A stretch of DNA of 64,000 bases from positions 77,004,001 through 77,068,000 of the forward strand of contig OZ024742.1 in NCBI GenBank assembly GCA_964016885.1, read 5' to 3'. The notes beneath the pieces are model-generated. The model worked only from the letters and a program-made list of their open reading frames with translations, did no database searches and had not been told where the DNA came from. Below are positions 43,191-56,007 of the stretch, piece after piece. How positions within the stretch are numbered: the first letter of the stretch is position 1; each line of letters starts with the position of its first letter. The DNA is from Eledone cirrhosa. Lineage: Eukaryota. Both the position numbers and the translations under genes were made by a program.

Positions 43191-43421
43191 ATAATATATA
43201 TATATATATAATTGCAGGCCCGTCCGGATATCTCCGACTACGATTGGCGTGTTCTACGGCATCCATATATATGTATATAGCTGACGTACCTAGCCTCGCT
43301 TGGATAAACAGACGATAACTCGTCTGTGTTGTATATTATTACTGTGGAAAATATATAGTACAGTACTATTGTTGAAAATATATAGTATAGTATTGCTGTT
43401 GAAAATATGTGCACGAATATA

Positions 43422-43483
<62 letters not shown>

Positions 43484-43891
43484 TAATTAAAAGTTGGTTA
43501 GAAGCGAAGTCAAATGCGGCAAGGCAGACATACATACAGATATCATAAGCGCGCGACGTTATAGTTATGTATCTTTCTAAAAAGCTAGAGTAAGACAGAG
43601 AGAGGAATGTCGTATTATATATATATTATATATAATAAAGTACCAGTAATGTAGTCAGCTTTAATAATATAGATATATATGCATAAATGGTGTGTATTTT
43701 TATTTCAATGGAATTTCAAAAAATGTAACGTATTTATTTGTATTTGCTTTATACAGAGGAGTTATTCATTTTGGAATGGAATTTCCTTGTTAGTCAAATG
43801 GAATCGTCGTAAATCGATTAAGTACTACAATAGTAAGGCTAATTAATATTCGTTTGTATATATTATATATATATATATTTATATATATATT

Positions 43892-43935
<44 letters not shown>

Positions 43936-43974
43936 TGTTTGTGTGTGTGTGTGTGTGTGTGTATGTGTGTGTGT

Positions 43975-44011
<37 letters not shown>

Positions 44012-44139
44012 TATCCCGAGTTCAATCGGCGGGAACCACAGCAATTAAATAAGATACTCAAGACATAGCAGTCTATGAATATTTAATATAGAAATGGCTT
44101 CCATAGGATAGAACTGTTCCATTCAGGAGAACTCATCAA

Positions 44140-44370
44140 GCTGGTGCATTGCTGCATCAGATCCATCACTGGTGACCACTGCCTCGAGTTACTTGAACGT
44201 CTCTACCTGCTCCAGCTGAATTCCATCCACATGTAAAGTGCATTGAGCTGACACCCTATAGAGGACGCGTGTCTCACTTTTCGCAGCACTCGGCATCAAA
44301 CCTATCGAGTTCACGTGGAGTTAAGTAACACAATGTCGCCAACAAATTCCCTCCGACTGATTTTACAGCC
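44140..44370 (-). pseudogene. Old LINE RT fragment
   Basis: Minus strand reads EFVGDIVLL...VDGIQLEQVETFK*L. Confidence 0.5.
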
Positions 44371-44768
44371 ACCAGTCATGATACCACTTTTGACCGGCTT
44401 CAGAGATCAATCCTGTTCACGTAAAATGTGTGACACACAAAAACAAGATGGCGTAGGACAGAACAAAGGAGAGGCACAAAACAGAGAAAATAATCTCCAG
44501 TCACTGAAGAGGTCACAGAATGTATGACGAAAGAACTTTGACAATATATGAACAACCGACGGTTGTGGAACCATCCAGCCAACCGGAAATTTACAATTTC
44601 TTAAATATATAATTTATAATAAATTGGAGTGAAAGCGACAGGTGCGTGTGTTTCTTATTGGCAACATGACCCTCACAAGGTATAACGATGTTGGTTTCAA
44701 CAGACGTTTTCAGATAAAGAATCTTGCTAAACAAATTCAGAAACGAAATATATATATATATATTTATC

Positions 44769-44800
<32 letters not shown>

Positions 44801-44808
44801 CGTGTGTG

Positions 44809-44898
<90 letters not shown>

Positions 44899-45026
44899 TT
44901 ATATACATAGTACATACGTACAGATATAAATTTGAATATTTTTTTATGAACGTTTATTCATGAGACATGTCTGATATTCCTATGTATCTAACCAGAAATA
45001 ACTAAAATAACCAAACAAATGACACA

Positions 45027-45249
45027 CTACATGGAAGAAATATATTAGTTTATCACTTGAAATAGCCGGAAGAAAGTTTTAACGTGTTTCGGAAACTAGT
45101 CCTTCATCGATAGATAACTAGAAATAAAAGAAGAATAGAAAGTAAATAGTAAATAGGTAAAAATGGAGAGAAAAAAGCCACAGGTGCGTATTCAGCCGAC
45201 TAGCTCGGTGATTGGTTTAGGTAAGGAGAACACCAATGTATAGTGGTTA

Positions 45250-45301
<52 letters not shown>

Positions 45302-45592
45302 CGTGTGCGTGTGAATGTGTGTTCGTGTGTCAGGAAGAGAAGCCTTCAATCGTGACAAGCTGTCGGTTGACTGACGTAAAGTGGTGTATAAAAAAGTATA
45401 TGGATGTACACGCGTTTTTCTTCGCCACAATTTTGTTTCTCATTTCCACCGAACCTTCCTCTTATCACTCTTTATTTTCTATTTATCTTCTATTTATAAC
45501 TGTATATTCCAATGAAGGACTAGTGTCCTAAACATTAAGACTCCCTCCATGCTATTTCAAGCGTTAAACTAATATATTTCTTCCATGTACTA
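45027..45592. repeat. Diverged inverted pLTR-like arms around (GT)n, with decayed HHR-like cores
   Basis: catggaagaaatatattagttt is mirrored by aaactaatatatttcttccatg. The arms contain gatgaaggactagtttccgaaac and aatgaaggactagtgtcctaaac. Confidence 0.6.
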
Positions 45593-45628
45593 TGCTGTAA
45601 TTTATGCTAATTCCATTTCCGCTTACCT

Positions 45629-45686
<58 letters not shown>

Positions 45687-46512
45687 TACACACACACACA
45701 CATGTATATATAACCTGCAAATTTACAAAATACAAAATATATAAATATCCGGATATTTTACTTAGATGTTCCTGATGGAACACCAAATTATGCTTAAAAG
45801 ACAGATTTGTAAAGTACATTCTTTAGTATTTAGCAAATATTTCTCGATAGGAAAAGTGTATGCCTATAAACAATTTATACTGTATGAAAAGCGAAAGAAA
45901 TATATCTAATATCCATCACTACGTTCATACGCGTCGTTTATCACGATTCTTTTGAAACAAGCATTCCATAATATTCAAGTGTTACAAAATAAGGTGATGG
46001 ACATTTAAAAGCATTTGCTGTTGATATTTCCCAGAAAGAAAAGATGTATACATTCTGTACCCTGAAGAATGGTTTTGGTCTTGAGGTGATGACCGGACAT
46101 GTGATTCTGCCAAGTGAGCCTCTGTCATTTTAACACCACAACAGATTGTTCCAGTCTACTGTAATATTTGGTGACTTTCTACATGTAGATTATATGTTGT
46201 ACTATGTGTATTAGCTGAATGGAAGATTTATGAAACATTTGTGTATTCCACACGACTGCACGATTCGTTCCATTTAGCAAGGAAAATGAAGGTGGGGGGA
46301 GGGGGCTCGGAGAGTCTAGGTCATAATGTTAAAGGTGTTGAATTATTCTAGTAAACTGTAACATACTTATCCACACTTATCTCCAACTGTTGTGATGTAG
46401 AAGACACCAATGTTGCTATACAAGAGAACTCTATTTAATAATCATACACTGTTTGATGTCCTTCGATGAAGTTATTATCGAAAATGTAATCCTTCATAAC
46501 ATGCCTTTGGAA

Positions 46513-46552
<40 letters not shown>

Positions 46553-46794
46553 CTCTCTGTGTGTGTGTGTGGGTGTGTGTGTGTGTGAACCACTGTAGTG
46601 TAAACCACTGTAGTTGTAATGCATGCATTTATATATGTGTATATATTATATATATACATATTGAACATATGTTATAGGATATTCTATATGTATCTGTTTC
46701 TCTTAATGACATTATTTTAGCGTATTCTTTACATTGACAAGTTGTGTATATTCTGACAAATTTACTCATGGATAAAATATATATATATATATCC

Positions 46795-46831
<37 letters not shown>

Positions 46832-46994
46832 CGTGTGTGTGTGTGTATATATATATATTTATGTATCCTTCATCTTAATATATATATATAGGTGTTTACT
46901 TAGGTAGATATCTGTCAATCCAAATACCCATTAATCTACATGTCTGGCAGTATGTCTGTTTACCTGTGTGTAAAACTGTCAATCAATAGTTATG

Positions 46995-47031
<37 letters not shown>

Positions 47032-47160
47032 AGGGAAGCAGAAAATTGCTTATTCTAATCCAGTTCGAGGTTAAGACAGCCAGTTTAATGGACGGTTTCA
47101 ACGTACGGTTAGGGGTAACTCCACAAGTTTGTAAGAATCACGTTCAATCTTGGAGTGTAA

Positions 47161-47650
47161 AGGATAAAAGAGAAAAACAGGTAAGCATTAAAAAAAGGAT
47201 TTTATCCAGGTATTTACGACCGTTTCATTGGTAAGTGCAACCTTATATTGCTATACTGCAAATAGCAGCCACTCAATAATAATTGTTGTACACGTCCACA
47301 TTTTCAAATTAGTGAATACGTTACTCTTAACAAGTTCTTAATAAATAGAAAAGTATTTTTGGGGATTGTATTTGTTAGTATAGAGAGAGAGGGAGTGGAA
47401 TTAGAAAGTGGAGGCACAAAGGGAGTAGTATAGAGAGAGAAGAAGGTGGAGAAGATTTAGGAAGTAAGGTGACAAACTGAGATGGAGGGAGGGGTAGAGG
47501 TGGAAGGAATCTTTGATCAGTGTTGATATATGTAGACATGATGTCGTTGAGTTGAGTGTAGTGAGTTAAAAAGAATTAAATTGTTTATAGTGGGAAGGAT
47601 GGAGAGAGAGGGTGAAAGATAGAGGGATAAATATATATATATATATTTAA

Positions 47651-47711
<61 letters not shown>

Positions 47712-49009
47712 ATAAATAAATAAATAAATAAATAAAATAAAGAAAGGGGGGGAGAAAAGAAAATACATAAAAAAGGGAGAGAAGAAAGGAAGGAAACGAA
47801 AAGGAATGAAGGAGAAGGGAGGGATATAGGTATTGGTCGGTGTGGGTAATTAAAGGGGCTGTATACAATAAGAGGGTAGAAAGTCTAAGTATATGCAGTT
47901 TGTCAGGTGGTAGTAAGATGTTAAATGTTCGATTTGCACTTGTAGTGCGAACATTTTCTTTGAGTCTATGGTTACAATAAATCGATCTTTCGATTTTATT
48001 GTTGAGTAACTTATTCTTCGAACTCAAAATGTGGAACAGCTCAAGGTCACATAATCGACAGCTTCTCATACCACTTCGATATGGGGGCGCGTTCGATAAT
48101 GTTTTCCACTTCAGGCTATATTGATGGTTACTTTCCCTCAGTTGCCAGGTCTTGTTCGCAAGTGTAGTTACATAACGATGCTGGGAATGTTTCATTGCGT
48201 AACGGTGTGTATACCAACGAACTTTAAATGTATTTCCAGTCGCTCCGATGTAATACCATTTCTGGTTGTCTGATTCCACTGTGCATTGGTAAACCAGGTT
48301 AGACTGCATACATTTGTTATTTAATGGACAGGTTTCAGGTAGGTGGCAATTACAATTCTTGTCATGGGCAACCTTGGCATTATTAGTGGGCTGCGATGCC
48401 TGTACAAGTGTGTTACGTCTTGTTTGCCTATTAGTGGGTGGTTGTGTATTAGATATTCTGTTGTGTTCAATGGTAATTGCATTCTTATAAATTTGTGTTC
48501 TGGTGTTGTTACGTATCTTTTTAGCGTTAAGCATCTTAATGTGTGCCTCTATGTTTGGTGCCGAGTAAGATAGTCTAATAGATTTAGTGTTAAGGGTTTT
48601 GATGTATCTATGTGAATCAGGAACGTGCTTATTTATTATTCTAAAGAAGGTAGAGGATAGGTTAGTACTAATAGAGGTGTTAAATGTGGGGTTATACCAA
48701 ATATATTTTCTACTGCGTGACCTGCTTGATTTCGATGTTGTATTTCTATTTTCATTATAATTTGTAGTTCTATGCGTGAATGTGTGTGTGCGTGTGTTTC
48801 TGGAGTTTGAGTTATACGTGTTCGTGTGTGCATTGCGAAGCGTTCATCTATATATATTCTACTCTATCTAAGTGGCCTGCCTTGTCTAGTGTGGTATTGT
48901 AGTTCTCTGCATGTCCCTCGAAGATTTGTTGGTTAGACGAGAGGCGGGAGATCCTGAGGGATATTCCTCGCGGAACGGATTTAAATATGGATAGTGGGTG
49001 GTTCGAATT

Positions 49010-49047
<38 letters not shown>

Positions 49048-49514
49048 CCCTCTATCTCTCCCTCTCTCTCTCTCCACCCCTCCCACTATAAACAATTTAA
49101 TTATCTTTAACTCACTACACTCTAAATCGACGACATGATGACTACATATATCAAAACTGATCAAAGATTCCTTCCACCTCTACCCCTCCCTTCATCTCAG
49201 TTTGTCACCCTACTTCCTAATTCTTCTCCCCCTTCCTCTCTCTCTATATTTCTGCGTTTGTGCCTCCACTTTCTAATTCCACTTCCTCTCTCTCTATATT
49301 AGCAAATACAATTCCAAAAAATATTTTTCTATTTATTAAGAACTTGTTAAGAGAAACTTATTCACTAATTTGAAAATTTGGACGTGTACAACAATTATTA
49401 TTGAGTGGCTGCTATTTGCAGTATAGCAATATAAGGTTGCACTTACCAATGAAACGGTCGTAAATACCCGGATAAAATCTTTTTTTTAATGCTTACCTGT
49501 GTTTTCTCTTTTAT

Positions 49515-49517
<3 letters not shown>
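47161..49517 (-). mobile_element. 5'-truncated PLE with inverted arms (47161-47630 / 49045-49517) around a thumb + GIY-YIG fragment (about 47930-49010)
   Basis: SNHPLSIFKSVPRGIS, CNCHLPETCPLNNKC, LVYQC..YYIGATG and CRLC..LLNNKIE. The arms carry HHR-like motifs at 47212-47310 (-) and 49367-49465 (+). Confidence 0.88.
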
Positions 49518-49565
<48 letters not shown>

Positions 49566-49634
49566 AAAAAGAGATGAAATCGAAAATGCAACTGAAGTCT
49601 TATTTTTTTTTTGAATATATATATTTATTTGGTT

Positions 49635-49672
49635 CCTTTACCGGTTTCGCAGTTCTTCTGCTTTTCAAAAGG
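49635..49672 (-). ncRNA. Minimal hammerhead, U3-A8 core
   Basis: Reverse complement of 49745-49782. Confidence 0.8.
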
Positions 49673-49744
49673 TGAGTTGAGATGGAGGGTCTGTGGTTTT
49701 TCTCACATCTGTGAGAAAAACCACAGACCCTCCATCTCAACTCA

Positions 49745-49782
49745 CCTTTTGAAAAGCAGAAGAACTGCGAAACCGGTAAAGG
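49745..49782 (+). ncRNA. Minimal hammerhead, U3-A8 core
   Basis: cctt-TTGAAAA-gcag-aagaa-ctgc-GAAA-ccgg-TA-aagg, with a palindromic ACCGGT and a GUA site. Confidence 0.8.
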
Positions 49783-49915
49783 AACCAAATAAATATATAT
49801 ATTCAAAAAAAAAATAAGACTTCAGTTGCATTTTCGATTTCATCTCTTTTTCTTTATACTTTCACTCGTGTAGGACACCTCGGTTATTTTTCATTTTGTA
49901 AAAAAAACCTCACTC

Positions 49916-50115
<200 letters not shown>

Positions 50116-50136
50116 TATATAATATATATATATAAT

Positions 50137-50191
<55 letters not shown>

Positions 50192-50204
50192 CGGTGTACG
50201 TCTT

Positions 50205-50394
50205 GATTGGCAGAATTGGTAGAGGGTCGGACGCCATGCTTTGACGCATAGAATTACGGCCCTTGCTATTCTGAGTTCAAATCCCGCCGAGGTTAACTTT
50301 GCCTTTCACCCTTACGGGTTGGATAAAATAAAGTACCAGTAATACACTGGGTAATTGCTGGTCTTGTGCCTAACGTAGAAACAATTATTATTAT
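50205..50394 (+). mobile_element. tRNA-derived SINE
   Basis: SINE consensus with an (ATT)n tail. Confidence 0.88.
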
Positions 50395-50861
50395 ATATAT
50401 ATATTGAAAGCAAAGCGTGGTTTCACATGAGATTCCTTATTGATTATGCATAGTTACAACCGTATTAATATAGATCCTGGGTTGCACAGGATCTATATTA
50501 ATACAATAGACCCGACACCAGCCCAATCTGCTCTTCAGAACTTTCCATCAGAAAAATCCAAAATCTCATTTGACTCTATCCCTAACGGGAGATGTGAAAA
50601 CACCGTTAGAGATGGGTATTGACCACTCCTCGCGTGCACACCATGAGACAGATACCCATCCATGCATGCACTCTCTATCTCTCTCCCACACACTTATACA
50701 CATAAACCCCACACATACATACACACTCGCTCAGACACAAACACACATACATATATATATATATATATAACGAAGGAAAAGAGGTAAGGAACCAGGTGGA
50801 CCATAACGCACCAAAGTACTCAATACTTAGGGTAGTAGAGTGGGTAATAGGAACAAGTAAG

Positions 50862-50955
50862 ACCCCGACGGCTGAGCTCAAGCCGTTTCGACGGCTAATT
50901 CTGGATTGAATGAAAATTTATTCTGGTATTTAAATAGCCGAGCTTATCAAGGGGT
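50862..50955 (-). ncRNA. Type I hammerhead, TTGATAA core, full stems
   Basis: Minus strand reads acccc-TTGATAA-gctcggcta...tagccgtc-GAAA-cggct-tgagctc-agccg-TC-ggggt. Confidence 0.8.
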
Positions 50956-52072
50956 AATTCCATATATGGTCAAAGAGATAATCACTAGGATTTGTCACAT
51001 CACAAGTTAGTAGTAAATCTGTGATGACAAATTTGTGGGGGAAGGGGTAGCTAAATCTGCCGGTAGGAGAAAAAGGGGGAGGGGTGGAGTAGGCCCATTC
51101 ATGCGTTGCTAGTGCCGGCTACAGCTGGGCGTGAGGTCAAAGAGGATACTAGGTAGGGGAGGGGGAGGAAGTCGAAACGGTAAGTAGAACAATGAGGGGT
51201 AAAACTATAAAAAGTACTGAGAATAAAAAAAAAAAATAAGCAAAGTCTGGTTACTAAGACTTAAGTCTCTCGCTATTGCTAGGCTATAGAAATACATAAA
51301 TAAATAAATAAACAAATAAGTGAATAAAAGTATAGATAAATAAATTTAAAAAAAATATATAATAAAGAATAAAAAAATAAATAATAATAACAAAAATAAA
51401 CTAGGTGGGACGGAAATAAAGGGACCCTTATACGAGGTATAAGTGTGTGTATCGTACGGTGACGGGTCAACAAAGGGGGGGGGGGGGGGGTATACTAAAG
51501 AGACTACCACGAAATAATAAAGGTTTCAACCCCAATCAATGGGCCAGCAACCACCCAGTGCAAGAAAGTAAACTAGTACGAGAATATAATTCAGGGTCCC
51601 GCAAAAAAATACTAATGCTAACTCTAAGGGTACCGCCACGAAACAAAAAAGTCTTATACAAGCTACATGAAAGATCATACGAAGTAAAAGTAAAGAACGG
51701 AAAATTAATACAGGAACACCCCCCCCCCCAACAAAAAGAGAAAAAGAAGAAAGAAATACTGGATAAACGAGAAATTAAAGCAAAGATGTCACTAAGAAAT
51801 ATAGAAGGCACGGAAAACAGGGACAGCTGTCGGAGAAGGGGGCAAGTATCCGAAGTCTAACACCTCTGCTATAAAAAGTGGAGTCAGCCAAATCTATCAT
51901 AGAATAGGGGAGGGGGTGCTGAAGCTACAAGGGACCGAGGGGCTACCTCGGGTGGGCGAGAAAAAGACGACGACAAAGAAAAGGAACTGCGGTAGAAGGA
52001 CTAGGGAGGGATAGGGAGAAGGAGGATATATAGAGGAAGCGATAAAAGAATGTAAAAGAAGATCTTACGTCT

Positions 52073-52180
52073 CCATTGGCAAGCAGGGGTTACCCATTAC
52101 AATATAGGCAAGTGGGGTGTTATAGGGCTATAACACCCCACTTGCCTATATTGTAATGGGTAACCCCTGATTGCCAATGG
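52073..52180. repeat. Perfect hairpin of about 42 bp with a 2-nt loop
   Basis: caggggttacccattacaatataggcaagtggggtgttatag-gg-ctataacaccccacttgcctatattgtaatgggtaacccctg. Confidence 0.95.
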
Positions 52181-52184
52181 AATT

Positions 52185-52278
52185 ACCCCTTGATAAGCTC
52201 TGCTATTTAAATACCAGAATAAATTTTCATTCAGTCCAGAATTATCCGTTGAAACGGCTTGAGCTCAGCCGTCGGGGT
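52185..52278 (+). ncRNA. Type I hammerhead, inverted copy of 50862-50955
   Basis: acccc-TTGATAA-...-GAAA-cggct-tgagctc-agccg-TC-ggggt. Confidence 0.75.
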
Positions 52279-52295
52279 CTTACTTGTTCCTATAT

Positions 52296-52600
<305 letters not shown>

Positions 52601-52625
52601 TTCCTATATATATATATATATATAT

Positions 52626-53223
52626 ATATAAGTATGTATACGTATATACATATATGTATACAGACGTGCAGTATTATTTATATACATATATACATGCACA
52701 CACATATATATATATGTACGTAAAGGTTTACCGAACATTTACTATAATGGTCGGTTTGTTTGTTAACAAGCAGCCGGAATTATTAGCCGTACAGTGTTCG
52801 GCAACCATCGTTGCCATTTTGATCAACACTGAAAAAGGAACGATGAACTAGTTTCTAGCTTATTAGCTGTCATCAGCACCGTATACCTTCCTGTCAGTTG
52901 ATTGAGCATTTGAAAGTATATACTTTCCTTATGCATATTAACGGCTGAGCAGCCTAATTTGCATATCGATTGAGTTAGTCGGCTGGGCGTACCGAAAACG
53001 ATAAATGGAAAAAATGAAATGTCATTTCTCACTCTTAGTACGGCTGATACTTAAATATAAGTATGTATACGTACATATATATTTGTATAAAGACATACAG
53101 TAGTATGTATATACATACATACATGCACACACATATATATGTACGTATGGTTTTACCGAACATTTATTATAATGCTCGGTTTGTTTGTAAACAAACAGCC
53201 CGAATTCTTAGCCGTACAGTGTT
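52626..53223 (-). mobile_element. Head-to-tail array of the about 430-bp HHR repeat; best HHR at 52841-52881
   Basis: Period about 429 (agtatgtatacgta at 52631 and 53060). Minus strand reads cggtg-CTGATGA-cagct-aata-agcta-GAAA-ctag-TT-catcg. Confidence 0.85.
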
Positions 53224-53244
53224 ATAAATAAATAAATAATTACA

Positions 53245-53432
53245 TATATATATTAGAAAGTGTGTTTTTTTTACAAAATGACAAAAGACGAGGTATCCTA
53301 CACGAGTGAAAATATAAGGAAAAAAGATGAAATCGAAAATGCAACTGGAGTCTTTTTTTTTTTTAATATATTTATTTGGTTCCTTTACCGGTTTCGCAGT
53401 TCTCGTGCTTTTCAAAAGTAAAATTGAGATGG
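53245..53432 (-). mobile_element. TTGAAAA/ACCGGT HHR repeat fragment (HHR 53382-53419)
   Basis: Reverse-complement homolog of 49735-49920. Confidence 0.75.
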
Positions 53433-53871
53433 ATGGTGTGTGCACAATGACTGGGGAAGTACACAGACAACATTTAAGCCTTGTCAAAATCAATGACAAG
53501 CCACAATACGTAACTCACCATATTTCTCTTCTGAAATCCTGGAAAATAGGTTTTTCTCAAACTGCATGTATACCCAGAACTTGTACATACTTATTTTAAA
53601 TGGAAACACATTTCAATTTCAACACAAATTAATATTATTATTATTATTATTATTGAATGCTATGGTTGACGGAGGCTCGGCTCTGTAAGGTATTGTAAAT
53701 TTTGAACGCTATAACAATTGTAAATTGTTTAAAACTTAAACCAACTTGTAGACAAAAACACCCTCCTCCTCGTGAGAGGGGTCTTTCTGCCCGTTATTTG
53801 GCCCTTCGGGGTTAAATAACTGCTTATTGGGGTTTTGTACCCAATATTTATTTTAAACAAAAAAAAACAAC

Positions 53872-55973
53872 ATGGCTACGAAAAAGAATTTTCATAGGTC
53901 ACTCCCACTCATTCCGTCTTCTTCTCCCTCAATCGTCCCTATAGCAGAGAGAAGATTGTCTCTCTCCCTCCCTTCTTTAAATGTGTCTCTCTCCCTCCCT
54001 TCTCTTTCGCAAGCGACGACAGAAAAGAAAAGTCTCGTGCAAAGCGTGCAAGATTTCTCCACGACGACGACGACAACGACGAAACAGGTGTGCGGGAAAT
54101 ACGAAAACCCATTTCATTCGTCTGACGTCAGGAATAATAGCAGTAGCAGGCGTAATAACAACAGCAACAGTGACAATGAAAACAACAGTAGCAGCCGCAA
54201 CAGCATCAGCAGCAGCATAAACAACAACAGCATTAGCAGCAGCAACATCAACAACAACCACAGCAACAGCGGCGGCGGCAGTAGTCGTAGTACCTGCAGC
54301 AACAACAAAAGTAACAGCAGCTCTGACGACAACAACAACAACAGCAGCAAAGAAAAACCAATCTCGTTTGCAGGTATCGCGAAGAACCTGGAAACAATCC
54401 TCATAACAAATGAGGAATTAGAGGAAGCGAAGAAGATGGTGACAAAAACTGGACACCGAGCAAGCTGCAAGTTAGCGGAAAAATATTTCGAAACCCAACA
54501 GCACTGTACGGTCACGTACCGTACAGTAAGTACTAAATCCCGTAGGGTTGAAAGAGCCACAGAGGCTCAAATACAAAAAGCCTTGGGGTCTGTGTGGCAG
54601 CGGAAAACGTACATCACCCGAGGCAAAAAATATGCCACCGTAGACGTACTTTTTGCCACACCCCAGGAGGCAAAGGCTCAATCCGTAGTGACCCTAAGGA
54701 GCGAGGAAATGGTGTTGGTGCCCTCCTACTGCGGGCAAAAAATTGTGAGGGTCAAACTGACCCACGTCCCCCCCGGGATGGCCCATTCTTGGCTGGCCGC
54801 GTCTGTCCTCGTCGGAATCGAGGACAAAACAACTGTACTGCAAGTACAGAAAAAAGTAAGAGAAGATTGGGTCGGCACCTCCATTGAGATGTTAATCCAA
54901 ACCAACCAGGAGTGCATCGAAGCTATCCCGGATGTGATAGACTTCGATAACGGCACTCAACTGCCCATAAGTGTTGAGGGCAAACGCCCGAAATACTTTC
55001 GCTGTGGATCGAAGACTCACCTCAGGGCCTTCTGCAACGAGAAGACCCTGAGAAAGGAGAAACCCCCCTCCTTCCGAAACCGGCTCCACGGCTACCAGCA
55101 ACAGGACAAGCGGCAACCAGGAACGATAGGTCCGTGGCACCCATACCCACGCCACGGAAATCAAAAGCAGCAGCAGCAGTGGAGATATTAACAACAACAC
55201 CAGCAATACCAAATGCAGCTGCAACAGAGACACAAGTGCAAACATCACCAACAACAACAAGTGAAACAGTGGAGCTGGTACCCCTCCCCGACCTCCCAGA
55301 ATCAGACATGGAGTGTGAGGTGGGAGAGGGATGGCAAAAGGTCGTAAGAAGGCACAAACGCAGAAGCAGCGCATCGTTGCCTTTGAAAAGGGAGGAAAGA
55401 AATGAAAAAAGGGTAAAGTCTACGGCAAAGAGACTCACAGCAGCAACACAACCAACACCATCACCACCCACACTAGCACCACCATCACCACCGGCTACAA
55501 CCCCACCGCCAACAACACCTTCAACACCACCACCACAAGCACCAACATCACAAACACAACAACAAAACACACACACCCAGCAACAACGACAAGAAAATGG
55601 CAGAACCACACCCAACCCCCAGAAAAACAAATGCACGGCAATAAATACACAAAACAAGAAACTAATGACTTACATAATTGAACACAAAGACATTTCACAA
55701 CACGACTACATAATACCAGCAACAATAAAAACGCCAACTAACATAAGACTGCTAAAAATAGCACAGAAACAATACACAAACATTAAAACGAAATTCCCCA
55801 ACGTAGTTGGTGATTTCAGGGACCTAGGAGGGACTATCAACCGAAGAGTATATTCGGACATACTCATAGAAGAGCCGACGACCAGCCGAAGGGACGATTC
55901 AACGGTCCCTTCACCAGACGATCAAGTGAAAAGGGATGTAAAAACCATCCCTCCTCTACGAAAAGTACGGTAA
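53872..55973 (+). pseudogene. LINE ORF1 (frameshifted) with degenerate zinc knuckle
   Basis: YFRCGSKTHLRAFC is CCHC-like. WQKVVRRHKRR and low-complexity S/N and P/T tracts are also present. Confidence 0.75.
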
Positions 55974-56007
55974 GTGGTCTTTCCCATCTTTCCACTCTAT
56001 TTTAAAG

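Larger units (their letters stand above)
49559..49858. repeat. Essentially perfect 300-bp palindrome (2-nt centre) of the TTGAAAA HHR repeat
   Basis: Centre tctcaca-tc-tgtgaga. Mirror ORFs 49600- and 49611+. Confidence 0.95.
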
